Assembly (NCBI RefSeq): GCF_000009705.1
Contig: NC_003272.1
Coordinates: 4,200,001 to 4,232,000 of the forward strand
Length of the DNA: 32,000 nt
From: Nostoc sp. PCC 7120 = FACHB-418
GTDB taxonomy: Bacteria > Cyanobacteriota > Cyanobacteriia > Cyanobacteriales > Nostocaceae
Direction of reading: 5' to 3'
Both the position numbers and the translations under genes were made by a program. The stretch's first letter is position 1. Each line of letters begins with the position of its first letter. A model generated the notes under the pieces. The model saw nothing but the letters and a program-made list of their open reading frames with translations, had not been told where the DNA came from and searched no databases. This document shows, in pieces, positions 1 to 8,280 of this stretch.

Positions 1-148
1 CATAGATATGTTTAAGGATAAATGAGGGTATTTGTCAACCTGCCCCTACTGCATTTAATTGCAATATCAAAATGATATTTCTTGCCAGCCACCTTCACAG
101 TAGGCTGGCTTTTGTCTTGGAAATTGCAGATATTACCAGGAGGACTTT

Positions 149-343
149 ATGACTTACCTAGAAAAGCTCAATCCTTGGTGTATAGTACGGTTGTTACCAA
201 ATATGCAGAACCGGATTGTTGCTCGTTTTCGCCGCCGCAGCGATGCCGAAGCTCATCTACAAGTTTTGCGCCGACTCATTCCCAGTGTCAGTTTTAGACT
301 GATTTTCGATGTGCATTTAGAACAGCAAAATCTAACTGCCTGA
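149..343 (+). CDS. small hypothetical protein (64 aa)
   Basis: ATG-initiated ORF in the track. It is basic and Arg-rich (RFRRRSDAEAHLQVLRRL) with no recognisable motif. I only vaguely recall similar small cyanobacterial ORFs. Confidence 0.35.
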   Translation: MTYLEKLNPWCIVRLLPNMQNRIVARFRRRSDAEAHLQVLRRLIPSVSFRLIFDVHLEQQNLTA

Positions 344-674
344 AGTTAACGGTATCAATATCTAACGATCGCAATGATCCAAATATATCGTTAGTTAGGG
401 TGCGATCGCTGATCGCGTTCCGCCTAGCGTAGCCGATCGCACAACTCAGCAGCGAAAATCTGGCCGATGTCCGGTATTGCTAAGACAAAAGGTTTGGCAA
501 TTGTAGATCAGTATTACTCAATTTGCTGTGAGGTTAGGCGATCGCCTCTGTACTCTGCTTTGCTAATTACCGACAGTCGGCACTTAATACCATTACCACT
601 CAAGATTAATTTTTCACAGCTATTCAAAAAAATGTGCAGTAAAAAGCTTTTAACCTAAGCAATCCTGCGAATTA

Positions 675-800
675 ATGCTCGAAAATGCACAACGAATGCT
701 CGAAAATGCACAACGAATGTTCAAAAATGCACAGCGAATGCTCAAAAATGTACAGCGAATGCTCAAAAATGTACAGCGAATGTTCAAAAATGTACAATTA
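675..800 (+). repeat. 21-bp tandem direct repeat, 6 units (ATGCTCGAAAATGCACAACGA and variants)
   Basis: Units start at 675, 696, 717, 738, 759 and 780. Units 1 and 2 are identical, units 4 and 5 are identical, and substitutions accumulate stepwise along the array. The array ends 10 nt before the ATG at 811. Confidence 0.92.
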
Positions 801-810
801 ATGTCTCAAT

Positions 811-1431
811 ATGTCTCACATTTTGCAAGCAAAAGTCTCAATTGTGGGAACTAGAACCCTTGCCATACACCATTTTGGCATTGATGCTTTACCGCTACAA
901 GCAACTGAGAAAGATGGTGTAGCTGGTAATAGTCCCAATGAGTGGAAAAAGACTGTTCTCATGGATGAGGAACGCCAGTTATTTCTGTTGCCAACGTATT
1001 TTTTCGGCTGCATTAAGTATGGCGGTAAAACTGTCAAACGGGGCAAAGGTAACTTACTTGCAGATATTGCCAGCACTTTACAAGTCATGGATGACCAGAT
1101 TTATATCTGTAATAGCGATGGGGCGATTCAGTTACCAGATCCACCTCAAGTAATTGAGGCGGGGACTATCAAAAATGAGAAACTACCTGATAGCTATGTT
1201 GAAGTGATTGGTGTGCGTAACCCATCAACTAAAGCGAGGAATATTCGTTACCGCGTGGCTGTGAAACCTGGATGGCAATGTTCATTTACTATTCTTTGGG
1301 ATTCGGTTGTCGTTGATCGAAAGTCATTGGAAACAGCAATTATCAACGCTGGAACTTTAGTAGGTGTTGGTGATGGTAGGCAAAGCATTGGCTACGGAAG
1401 ATTTGAGCTAAAAGAATTTAGCATTCTTTAA
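811..1431 (+). CDS. hypothetical protein, 206 aa, with a RAMP-like C-terminal glycine-rich loop
   Basis: Clean ORF. The C-terminus is LVGVGDGRQSIGYGRFELKEF, a GxGxxxxxGxG-type loop. The N-terminal strand is AKVSIVGTRTLAIHHFG and the central segment is LLPTYFFGCIKYGGKTVKRGK. Size and motif order recall small Cas7/Csm3-like RAMP proteins. This is pattern recognition only. Confidence 0.6.
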   Translation: MSHILQAKVSIVGTRTLAIHHFGIDALPLQATEKDGVAGNSPNEWKKTVLMDEERQLFLLPTYFFGCIKYGGKTVKRGKGNLLADIASTLQVMDDQIYICNSDGAIQLPDPPQVIEAGTIKNEKLPDSYVEVIGVRNPSTKARNIRYRVAVKPGWQCSFTILWDSVVVDRKSLETAIINAGTLVGVGDGRQSIGYGRFELKEFSIL

Positions 1432-1525
1432 ATATCCGTCTCGTTTCGTCAGGTCTCCTTAAGGCGAGTCCCGTCACCTTCCGTTTCGTCACGTCATGTT
1501 GTGTCAAGTCGAGTTTGGTTAAGTC

Positions 1526-1909
1526 ATGTCTGTTGAACTTTACAAACAAGTCAAACAAAAACGCCAACATCCAAACCTGCCTGTTTACCAATGGAAGCGT
1601 CAACCCCTTGAACAATGGAAAATCACTCGGCATTCTATCTACACCAGAGATGAGGGATTGTGCCAAAGTCCAAATAACCAGCCACCAAAAGTCAATGGAT
1701 TATGTCAAAGAACAGTCAGTTTAAAGACTGCTCACATCGACTACATTCGCCCGTTGTCATCTGGTGGTAGTAACCATGCGTCCAACTTGAGAACTCTTTG
1801 CCCCGTCTGCCATGCGCTTAGGCTTGACCGCAAGCATGATGGCATGAGACATAAACTGGTCAAGAAAGGTTTAATCCCTGTCAACTGGAAACAGTTTGTT
1901 TGGGATTAA
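1526..1909 (+). CDS. HNH endonuclease
   Basis: HNH core HIDYIRPLSSGGSNHASNLRTLCPVCHALR (His, Asn, and a C-x2-C/H pair). Same strand as the 811-1431 ORF, 94 nt downstream of it. Confidence 0.8.
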   Translation: MSVELYKQVKQKRQHPNLPVYQWKRQPLEQWKITRHSIYTRDEGLCQSPNNQPPKVNGLCQRTVSLKTAHIDYIRPLSSGGSNHASNLRTLCPVCHALRLDRKHDGMRHKLVKKGLIPVNWKQFVWD

Positions 1910-1951
1910 ATTGTCGGCAATCGCCCGACAAGCGACTGAAACAAATGATAA

Positions 1952-1980
1952 AGCCCCTAGCCCTGTAAGGGCTAGGGGCT
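1952..1980. terminator. bidirectional intrinsic-terminator-like hairpin between convergent genes
   Basis: Perfect 12-bp stem AGCCCCTAGCCC / GGGCTAGGGGCT with loop TGTAA, followed by TGGGTTTT. It lies between the HNH stop (1909) and the LysM gene stop (2000). Confidence 0.7.
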
Positions 1981-1999
1981 TGGGTTTTAGGAAAAGGGT

Positions 2000-2767
2000 T
2001 TAGGAGAAATCTGCTAATGAAACATCGTATCCGCCGTATTCTTCTAAATATTTAAGAATCGATGTTCCATACTCGTCATAGGACACTTGGTTTTTTAATA
2101 AAAGGTCAGCCAGTCCATAAGGCCCGCGCAAGTGTGCGGCTGCTAAAATTCCGGAAAGCGTGATAGTGATTGTTCTGGAGTTAAATAGGGCTTGCTTACC
2201 AAGGTAATTTTCCAAAGATTGCCCATGAGTAGCAAAGTGCTGGTTAATTCGCTCTAAATTAAGCTTAAAGGCTTCACGAATAGCTGTTTCTTGGACAGTT
2301 GTGGATTTGAGAAAATCTGATTTACTTCTAATACCCATCTTCCCTGTCCATGTACCATTCCAATAATTTCTGTTCACTCCATTCGCTCCACCAATATAAG
2401 GGTTAGAGGTATTGTAATAACCAAGATCCATTAGTAAGGCTTCGCCGAACTGATATTTACCTATGAAACCGAGTGAGTTTTCCACTTGATATTGTTGTGG
2501 GTTTCCAGATGGTACTCCCGATTCAAATGCACCTAGTGCTTCTAACATAGAATGAACATTACCCTTTTTAGTAGAACCAAGATGGAGTGGAATTGGGTCA
2601 ATCTCAGGAATAAGAAGTGTCATCCCGATTGTTAACTGGTCGGGGTTATTACCAATGCGATCGCGATTAGCTTCGTGAATTATGGGGTATAAATTACCAT
2701 CTCCATAATGTTTCTGAGCAATCTTGAATAATGTATCGTCTTTTTGTACAAGATATTCTCTCATCAT
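2000..2767 (-). CDS. LysM domain protein with a possible lysozyme/transglycosylase-like C-terminal domain
   Basis: N-terminal LysM signature YLVQKDDTLFKIAQKHYGDGNLYPIIHEANRDRIGNNPDQLTIGMTLLIP. The C-terminal part has FESG...GFIGKYQFGEALLMDLGYY, which recalls the SLT/GH23 E-S...G-x-x-Q pattern. That C-terminal call is weak. Confidence 0.85.
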   Translation of the reverse strand: MMREYLVQKDDTLFKIAQKHYGDGNLYPIIHEANRDRIGNNPDQLTIGMTLLIPEIDPIPLHLGSTKKGNVHSMLEALGAFESGVPSGNPQQYQVENSLGFIGKYQFGEALLMDLGYYNTSNPYIGGANGVNRNYWNGTWTGKMGIRSKSDFLKSTTVQETAIREAFKLNLERINQHFATHGQSLENYLGKQALFNSRTITITLSGILAAAHLRGPYGLADLLLKNQVSYDEYGTSILKYLEEYGGYDVSLADFS

Positions 2768-3089
2768 TCTCTCCTAGAATCCTTTAGTCATTGTGATAAA
2801 TTTGTTGTATGAACAACCTATTTCCTAGTTTTCATTATCATTAGGTTTTCCATGAAAGATTTTACGCAAATTTCTGATCAGCAAATATTTTTGTGAAACC
2901 AATTAAGAAGTTTAACAAAATAGAATATCCTCCCCTAAATGCAAAGAGGAGGATATTTTATAGTAAGGATTCAGGTCTAAAGTTGAGGTATTAAAGAAGG
3001 GGTCTGCACAGCAGGCTTAACCGTTGCTTTAATAGCTTGAGCAAAAAAGTTAATAACAGAACGTCCTTGATAAACACCTTCTATAAAAA

Positions 3090-3116
3090 AGCCACCAAAT
3101 TAAAATCTTGGTGGCT
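3090..3116 (-). terminator. intrinsic terminator hairpin downstream of the hydrolase gene
   Basis: 9-bp stem AGCCACCAA / TTGGTGGCT flanked by an A-run (3085-3090) and a T-rich tract. On the minus strand the hairpin is followed by TTTTTTAT, 28 nt after the stop at 3144. Confidence 0.6.
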
Positions 3117-3143
3117 TTCTTTTATTATATTTTTTTTTAGACA

Positions 3144-4019
3144 TCATCTGATTATTCTTTTGAGAAGTTCATTTAAATCAATCTTACGTTCATCAAGAAT
3201 CCGATAAGCAATCGATTTCAAATACCCCACAAAAGAATCATCGAATTTTAGAAAACCAAATTCCTCTAGCAAAAATTCCTTGATAAATTGAACTAGTAAA
3301 CGGTGTTGTACAGCGTATTTATCCTTCGGTTTACTGATTGTAATGTGATCTGAACCTGGAACTTTGAACGCTCGACCAAAATATCTTGCACCAGAGAAAG
3401 GTTCAACAATCTGCTTCTTGAGAATTCCTTTTCCATATAGCGGCAAATCTTCAATTAGCTCTTTCCCTTTAATTCTTAAGTTCTTGTTGTTTATGAGATT
3501 GAGAAAATCCTTATCTAAATCATTGAGCCACACATTACTTTGAGAAAATCTCAGTGCGCTAGCTTGAGTATGACCCATAATACTTGATAAAAGTCCTAGC
3601 ATATTTGCATATTTAGAACCCAAAGATGGTGATGCTACTAAAAACAAACCAATCTTGTTCAGACCTCTTTCAACTAGCAGTGAATATTGGTTGACGAGAA
3701 ACCGCCTTGTTACAATCCCTCCCATGCTATGACAAACAAATATAACTGCTGCACTATTAATTAAACCATCCAGTAGGAAGTATTCTCTGAGAGAATCAAC
3801 AACATCACTTAAGCTATAAGAACCCGTATTCAAACCAGTACGATAGGAAAATATATAAATCCCAATCTCTGCCAATTCATCTTCAATTAGAAGTAATATG
3901 AACCAGTACAGTCCATTTTCATTTCTCCAACAATCATCACTAGAATTTAGTCCATGAATAAATATTATAACTACGCCTTTTTCTTTACTTGGCTTTCTTA
4001 GCCATTTTCCTTGAGTCAT
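3144..4019 (-). CDS. alpha/beta-hydrolase (lipase/esterase-like, GxSxG)
   Basis: Nucleophile elbow VCHSMGGIV and an oxyanion-region start VVIIFIHGLNSSDDCW. This is typical of DUF676/PGAP1-like serine hydrolases. Confidence 0.8.
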   Translation of the reverse strand: MTQGKWLRKPSKEKGVVIIFIHGLNSSDDCWRNENGLYWFILLLIEDELAEIGIYIFSYRTGLNTGSYSLSDVVDSLREYFLLDGLINSAAVIFVCHSMGGIVTRRFLVNQYSLLVERGLNKIGLFLVASPSLGSKYANMLGLLSSIMGHTQASALRFSQSNVWLNDLDKDFLNLINNKNLRIKGKELIEDLPLYGKGILKKQIVEPFSGARYFGRAFKVPGSDHITISKPKDKYAVQHRLLVQFIKEFLLEEFGFLKFDDSFVGYLKSIAYRILDERKIDLNELLKRIIR

Positions 4020-4204
4020 AAGTTTGCGACCTTTGCAGTATGAGCGATGAAAAATAGAACTTTCCCAATTAAGGAGAGAACAAAAATAAACATATTTGTG
4101 TGTGCAAAACGAAACCTTTGGTTTTGCTGAGACTTACAAAATTTTGGGGCAATTTATTAAATGCAGGAGATAAGTACCTCCTGCACGGGTTGATAAAGCT
4201 AAAA

Positions 4205-4504
4205 TTAGCCGATAGCTCTCCACAATGATGGAGCTGCCGTTGGATTCCAGTCAGGGGCAAAGCTCGTATGTGAAGTTATGCACTGAAATCGGCTACCTTG
4301 GAAAATTACTACATCTCCGCTCATGTATTCTACGTTCATCGCCCAGTGAGGGTGAGGCGTTGAAGATGACGGAAGAGTATCACTATTGGTTGTCTCATTG
4401 GGACGCTGAGTGAATGGAGATTTAGCTGCGGATTTAACTGCAACCTTAGCTAAAGTCTTAGCTAAAGCCTTAGCACCCACTTTTAAAAATATTGGCAAGC
4501 CCAT
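4205..4504 (-). CDS. small protein: cationic amphipathic N-terminus plus CBM5/12 (ChtBD3-like) carbohydrate-binding domain
   Basis: The C-terminus HWAMNVEYMSGDVVIFQGSRFQCITSHTSFAPDWNPTAAPSLWRAIG fits the W..Y..GD.V.y.G..y.c...W.P....LW pattern of CBM5/12. I chose the internal ATG at 4504 (MGLPIFLKVGAKALAKTLAKVAVKSAAK...). The track ORF runs up to 4606 with an implausible Cys/Trp/Phe-rich leader. Confidence 0.6.
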   Translation of the reverse strand: MGLPIFLKVGAKALAKTLAKVAVKSAAKSPFTQRPNETTNSDTLPSSSTPHPHWAMNVEYMSGDVVIFQGSRFQCITSHTSFAPDWNPTAAPSLWRAIG

Positions 4505-4677
4505 TTGTTGAGTCCTGTGTTTATTGTTGACAAAACGACTATAAAATTTGGGGTATACCCAAAAGCAAATGTGCCAAAATAAGCGGGAAAAACAGCTTAT
4601 AATCAAGATTTAACAAGTTTGGGGTGGTATTCTAAATTGGGACAGCCCCAAACTTTCTGCTTAATTTTTGCGATGTA

Positions 4678-5958
4678 ATGCCTAGAAGAACTCACGGTGA
4701 TCAAGTTAAAGAGCGGGTCAAGCGTCTGTTAGAGGCGTTACTTTGTGTTGTCGATGGGGAATTTGAGGACGGTATTTCTGGTATTAAGCACAATGATTGG
4801 AAGGAGGAAAGCAGCACTAACCCCAAGCTAATTGTCGAAACCACCCTGAGACATTTAGAGTACTTGACAGATAAAGACAAATACCCAGGTAAGCTAACAA
4901 ATCCACAAATCCGAGAAGCCCTTCACCTTCTTGATAAAAAGAGAAATGATTCTCTATTAAAAATTCTGGAAGACCACCGTACCACAAAAAGAGGTTCTGC
5001 TAATTGGCACTTTACGTTGAAGCTATGGTCAAAAGATAAAAAAATAAATTTGGAGAAGTTTGAACAAGAGTGGGAAAGCAAAAGACCGGAAAAATCAAAA
5101 AAACCAGAAGATTTTAAACCAGTATCGAACCCAGATCCAAGTTCACATATAAACAACTCCACTGAATTAGAAAAAAAAGAGAAAGCACGAAAATTCCTAC
5201 GCTCATTTGATTGTGCAATACAGGAGAGCTATTTAAAACCAAAGATTGTTAAAGATAAATGCGGATTTTTCCCTACTCAGGTAGATAAAAGCGTTGAATT
5301 GTGGTTTAGATGGCGCTTAACAAAATGTATGGGAGATTTTGATAAAATCAAAAAAATTCAGATTGATATTGACTATAGTATAGTAAAAAATTTTAAGTTT
5401 TTTTGGCAAAAAATTGGTGAATATGTAGACAAAAAAGGCGATTTTGACAGTGATGCGGCAATTAATGAATTAATTAATGAATTAATTCAGCTTTGTGAAA
5501 AACAGCCTGTAATGATTGTTATTAAAAATGCTAAACAATTATCTCGTAATAGGCAAAAAGAGATGTTTGAGTTCTGTGAGATATTACTAAAATCGTTTAA
5601 AGGAAATATTGATAAGCATAGATCATATTTGGTTATCTTCCTAATAGAACGAAAAAATACTGATCAAGATACGAGTCAAGAATACTCTACTCAAATTGAT
5701 ATTGATAATGACTTTCTTCAACAAGAAATGATTGAGATAGAATTCATAAAATTTTTACAACAAGACATAGAAAATTGGTTAGATGAGAATCAAAGTAATC
5801 TTAAAGAAGAAAATTTTGATGCAGACATAAAACCCGAAATGATAAATTATTTATTGAAACAGGAATCTGACATATTACTAGATGAAATTTGTAAGAATGT
5901 ATTTAAGTTAAATAATGGTATTGCAGATGTTGAAGACTATTGGAGGAAATTCGCATGA
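4678..5958 (+). CDS. hypothetical 426-aa protein, first gene of the MoxR/vWA/DGR-target operon
   Basis: Long ORF, visibly AT-rich and Lys/Asp/Glu/Ile-rich. No catalytic motif is recognisable by eye. Its TGA stop (5956-5958) overlaps the downstream ATG (5955) as ATGA, which suggests translational coupling. Confidence 0.7.
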   Translation: MPRRTHGDQVKERVKRLLEALLCVVDGEFEDGISGIKHNDWKEESSTNPKLIVETTLRHLEYLTDKDKYPGKLTNPQIREALHLLDKKRNDSLLKILEDHRTTKRGSANWHFTLKLWSKDKKINLEKFEQEWESKRPEKSKKPEDFKPVSNPDPSSHINNSTELEKKEKARKFLRSFDCAIQESYLKPKIVKDKCGFFPTQVDKSVELWFRWRLTKCMGDFDKIKKIQIDIDYSIVKNFKFFWQKIGEYVDKKGDFDSDAAINELINELIQLCEKQPVMIVIKNAKQLSRNRQKEMFEFCEILLKSFKGNIDKHRSYLVIFLIERKNTDQDTSQEYSTQIDIDNDFLQQEMIEIEFIKFLQQDIENWLDENQSNLKEENFDADIKPEMINYLLKQESDILLDEICKNVFKLNNGIADVEDYWRKFA

Positions 5959-6995
5959 TGAGTGACAATAAAAAACCAGATTATGAATATACAGCAGAAG
6001 AAAAGTACCAAACTGAAGATGGTACTGAAGACCCTTGGAAGCAAATTTATTGTCCTTACCCTTACCTACCTAGCGATGAATTAAAAGAAGCTGTTAATTT
6101 AGCGATCGCACTCGAACGACCATTACTATTGGAAGGAGAACCAGGTTGTGGTAAAACTCGGTTAGCTGGAGCGGTTGCCTATGAATTTACCAAAAAAAAC
6201 GCAGAATATCTGTCAACCCAGGAAAAATTCTGGGCTTATTATATCTGGAATATTAAATCTACAATCCGCGCTCGTGATGGGCTTTATAGATACGATGCTG
6301 TTGCTCGATTGCGGGATGCTCAGTTGATGGGAACAGATCCAGACAAATTGCAAGATTTTTTAGGCGGCGAAGAAACTGAAGAATTAAAGCAAAGGTTAAA
6401 GGATAAAAAAAATTATAGAGAATTTGGAGCATTAGGTAAAGCTTTACAAAAACATGATTATCGGCCGATTTTATTAATTGATGAAATCGATAAAGCAGAT
6501 AGTGATTTTGCAAATGATTTACTACTGGAGTTAGAAGAATTACGCTTTGAAATTCCTGAAACTGGAGAGTCATTCCCTACACCTGAAAACAAACCGATTA
6601 TTTTTATTACGAGTAATCGAGAAAAACCTTTACCAGAACCTTTTTTGCGTCGCTGTATTTACTTTTATGTTGAATTTCCTGATGATAAGTTACTCAGAAA
6701 TATAATAGATAAGCGATTTGGTACGCTCACAGGCAGGAACAAACAAAAAATAAAAGATAAAGCCATAGAGATTTTTTATAACATTCGCGATTTGTTGGAA
6801 AAGCATCCAGGAAGTAAGCCACCAGGAACTAGCGAATTTATAGATTTTTTTAACGCTATTTTACAAAGAAAGAATCCCTTGGATGACTTAGATAACTTAT
6901 TTAATAGAACGTCATTACTGGGCATACTTATTAAAACAAAGCCAGACCAATTTTTAGTATCAAATTACTTAAAAGAGGAAAATCAGTACAAGTAA
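5955..6995 (+). CDS. MoxR-like AAA+ ATPase (AAA_5 type)
   Basis: Walker A LLLEGEPGCGKTRLA, Walker B ILLIDEIDKAD, sensor-1-like IIFITSNRE, Arg-finger region PEPFLRRC. I chose the start at 5955 because GGAGGA (5942-5947) sits 7 nt upstream. The track ORF begins at 5940. Confidence 0.9.
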   Translation: MMSDNKKPDYEYTAEEKYQTEDGTEDPWKQIYCPYPYLPSDELKEAVNLAIALERPLLLEGEPGCGKTRLAGAVAYEFTKKNAEYLSTQEKFWAYYIWNIKSTIRARDGLYRYDAVARLRDAQLMGTDPDKLQDFLGGEETEELKQRLKDKKNYREFGALGKALQKHDYRPILLIDEIDKADSDFANDLLLELEELRFEIPETGESFPTPENKPIIFITSNREKPLPEPFLRRCIYFYVEFPDDKLLRNIIDKRFGTLTGRNKQKIKDKAIEIFYNIRDLLEKHPGSKPPGTSEFIDFFNAILQRKNPLDDLDNLFNRTSLLGILIKTKPDQFLVSNYLKEENQYK

Positions 6996-7009
6996 AATAA
7001 ATCCCCCTT

Positions 7010-8254
7010 GTGAAGCTTATTATTAATTGCTTTATGAATAATTCTGTAGATGCTTCAATTTTGTTCAATGATTCTTCACCGCAGTTATTAGCAACAGGAA
7101 TTACTCAAACTCTAGAAGAGTATGAATCTTTATTATTAGACTTATTTCAAGAATTGCGACAAGCTGGAATGGCTTTAACCCCGGAACAATATGAGTTATT
7201 ACAAATTGCAGTTGAAAAAGGGTATGGTTTAGCCGGATGGGAAGATTTAAAACGGTTGTGTCGGTTACTGTGGGTTAAACCCTGCGCTAATTATGATATT
7301 AATATTTTTAATCGCGTCTTTAATAGTTATCTCCAGCAGCATCGTGCCAAAACACTTATAAACCCTGAACCAGAAACGCTAGCAGAATCACCAGAAAAAA
7401 CTTCTAATTCTCCTGACAGCACACCTTCTGTTGTAGAACCATTATCAAATCTTCCCCAAATCCCCCCCAGGAATTTTGAAAAACCACTATCTCTGCAACC
7501 GGATAAAGTAGAAACTCCAAGCGCGATCAAGGGTTCATCAACCCCCCCAAAACTTAAATTTGAGCAGTCAAATTTTGTCCTCAATCCCCAGGATTTTCCC
7601 ATCAATTTACAAGATGTTCAAAGAATTTGGCGTTTACTAAAAAAACCAGTGCGGCTTGGCTGGGAAGATGAATTGGACATTGAAGCCACCGTTGAGCGAA
7701 TTGAACGGGAAGGTTTTTTAACAGATGTGGAGATGCGTCCCAGAATGACTCGACAAGCCGAATTGTTGTTGTTAATTGATGATAATTCGGCAATGATCCC
7801 ATTTTTTCTAGCATTTGAACCTTGGATGCAAGCAATTAAAGAAGCTCGAATCACTCCCGCTCGGATATATCGGTTTACCAGCTATCCCGACGAATATCTT
7901 TATGAGTGGGAACGTCCAACTCTTGCTCATCCTCTGATTAATATCTTGCCAAAACTGCATCGCCACCGCACAATCGCCCTAATTTTCAGCGATGCTGGAG
8001 CCGCAACAATTACCTACAACCAAGACCGAATTGACGGAATATCAAAGTTTTTAATTGCCTTATCTCCCTGTGTTCGTCAGTTTATTTGGCTGAATCCCTT
8101 ACCGCATCAACGATGGGAATATACCTCAGCTTGGGGAATTAATGCGACACTTAATGGAAAAATGTTAACCTATGGCCTTGCTAGCTTACAAATAGCAGCC
8201 AAAGAAAATCCACAAGGGGATACGATTAAAATATGGCAAATCAATCCCCATTAG
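7010..8254 (+). CDS. vWA-like domain protein, MoxR partner
   Basis: The C-terminal half has vWA-like strands ELLLLIDDNSAMIPF (degenerate DxSxS MIDAS position) and IALIFSDAGAA. A Pro/Ser-rich linker occupies the middle. The gene directly follows the MoxR gene. The start is uncertain: GTG at 7010 or ATG at 7034. Confidence 0.72.
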   Translation: MKLIINCFMNNSVDASILFNDSSPQLLATGITQTLEEYESLLLDLFQELRQAGMALTPEQYELLQIAVEKGYGLAGWEDLKRLCRLLWVKPCANYDINIFNRVFNSYLQQHRAKTLINPEPETLAESPEKTSNSPDSTPSVVEPLSNLPQIPPRNFEKPLSLQPDKVETPSAIKGSSTPPKLKFEQSNFVLNPQDFPINLQDVQRIWRLLKKPVRLGWEDELDIEATVERIEREGFLTDVEMRPRMTRQAELLLLIDDNSAMIPFFLAFEPWMQAIKEARITPARIYRFTSYPDEYLYEWERPTLAHPLINILPKLHRHRTIALIFSDAGAATITYNQDRIDGISKFLIALSPCVRQFIWLNPLPHQRWEYTSAWGINATLNGKMLTYGLASLQIAAKENPQGDTIKIWQINPH

Positions 8255-8280
8255 GAATAAATTCCCAGGAAAGGGAGAAA

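Noticed and set aside
675-800. Possible CRISPR array
   Set aside because: The 21-bp units are directly abutting tandem repeats with no spacers, they are shorter than typical CRISPR repeats, and no cas1/cas2 genes are nearby.
1418-1666. 82-aa minus-strand ORF spanning the RAMP-like/HNH spacer and the HNH 5' end
   Set aside because: It is antisense to a motif-supported HNH gene and is driven by the GTCA/TGAC-rich repeat content.
4069-4413. ORFs 4069-4260 (-) and 4225-4413 (+)
   Set aside because: They are short, motif-free, and overlap each other and the better-supported CBM5/12 gene or its flank.
4505-4606. Longer start for the CBM5/12 small protein (track ORF 4205-4606)
   Set aside because: The extra 34 residues (MIISCFSRLFWHICFWVYPKFYSRF...) look like non-coding translation. 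The internal ATG at 4504 gives a coherent protein. This is still uncertain without an RBS or conservation data.
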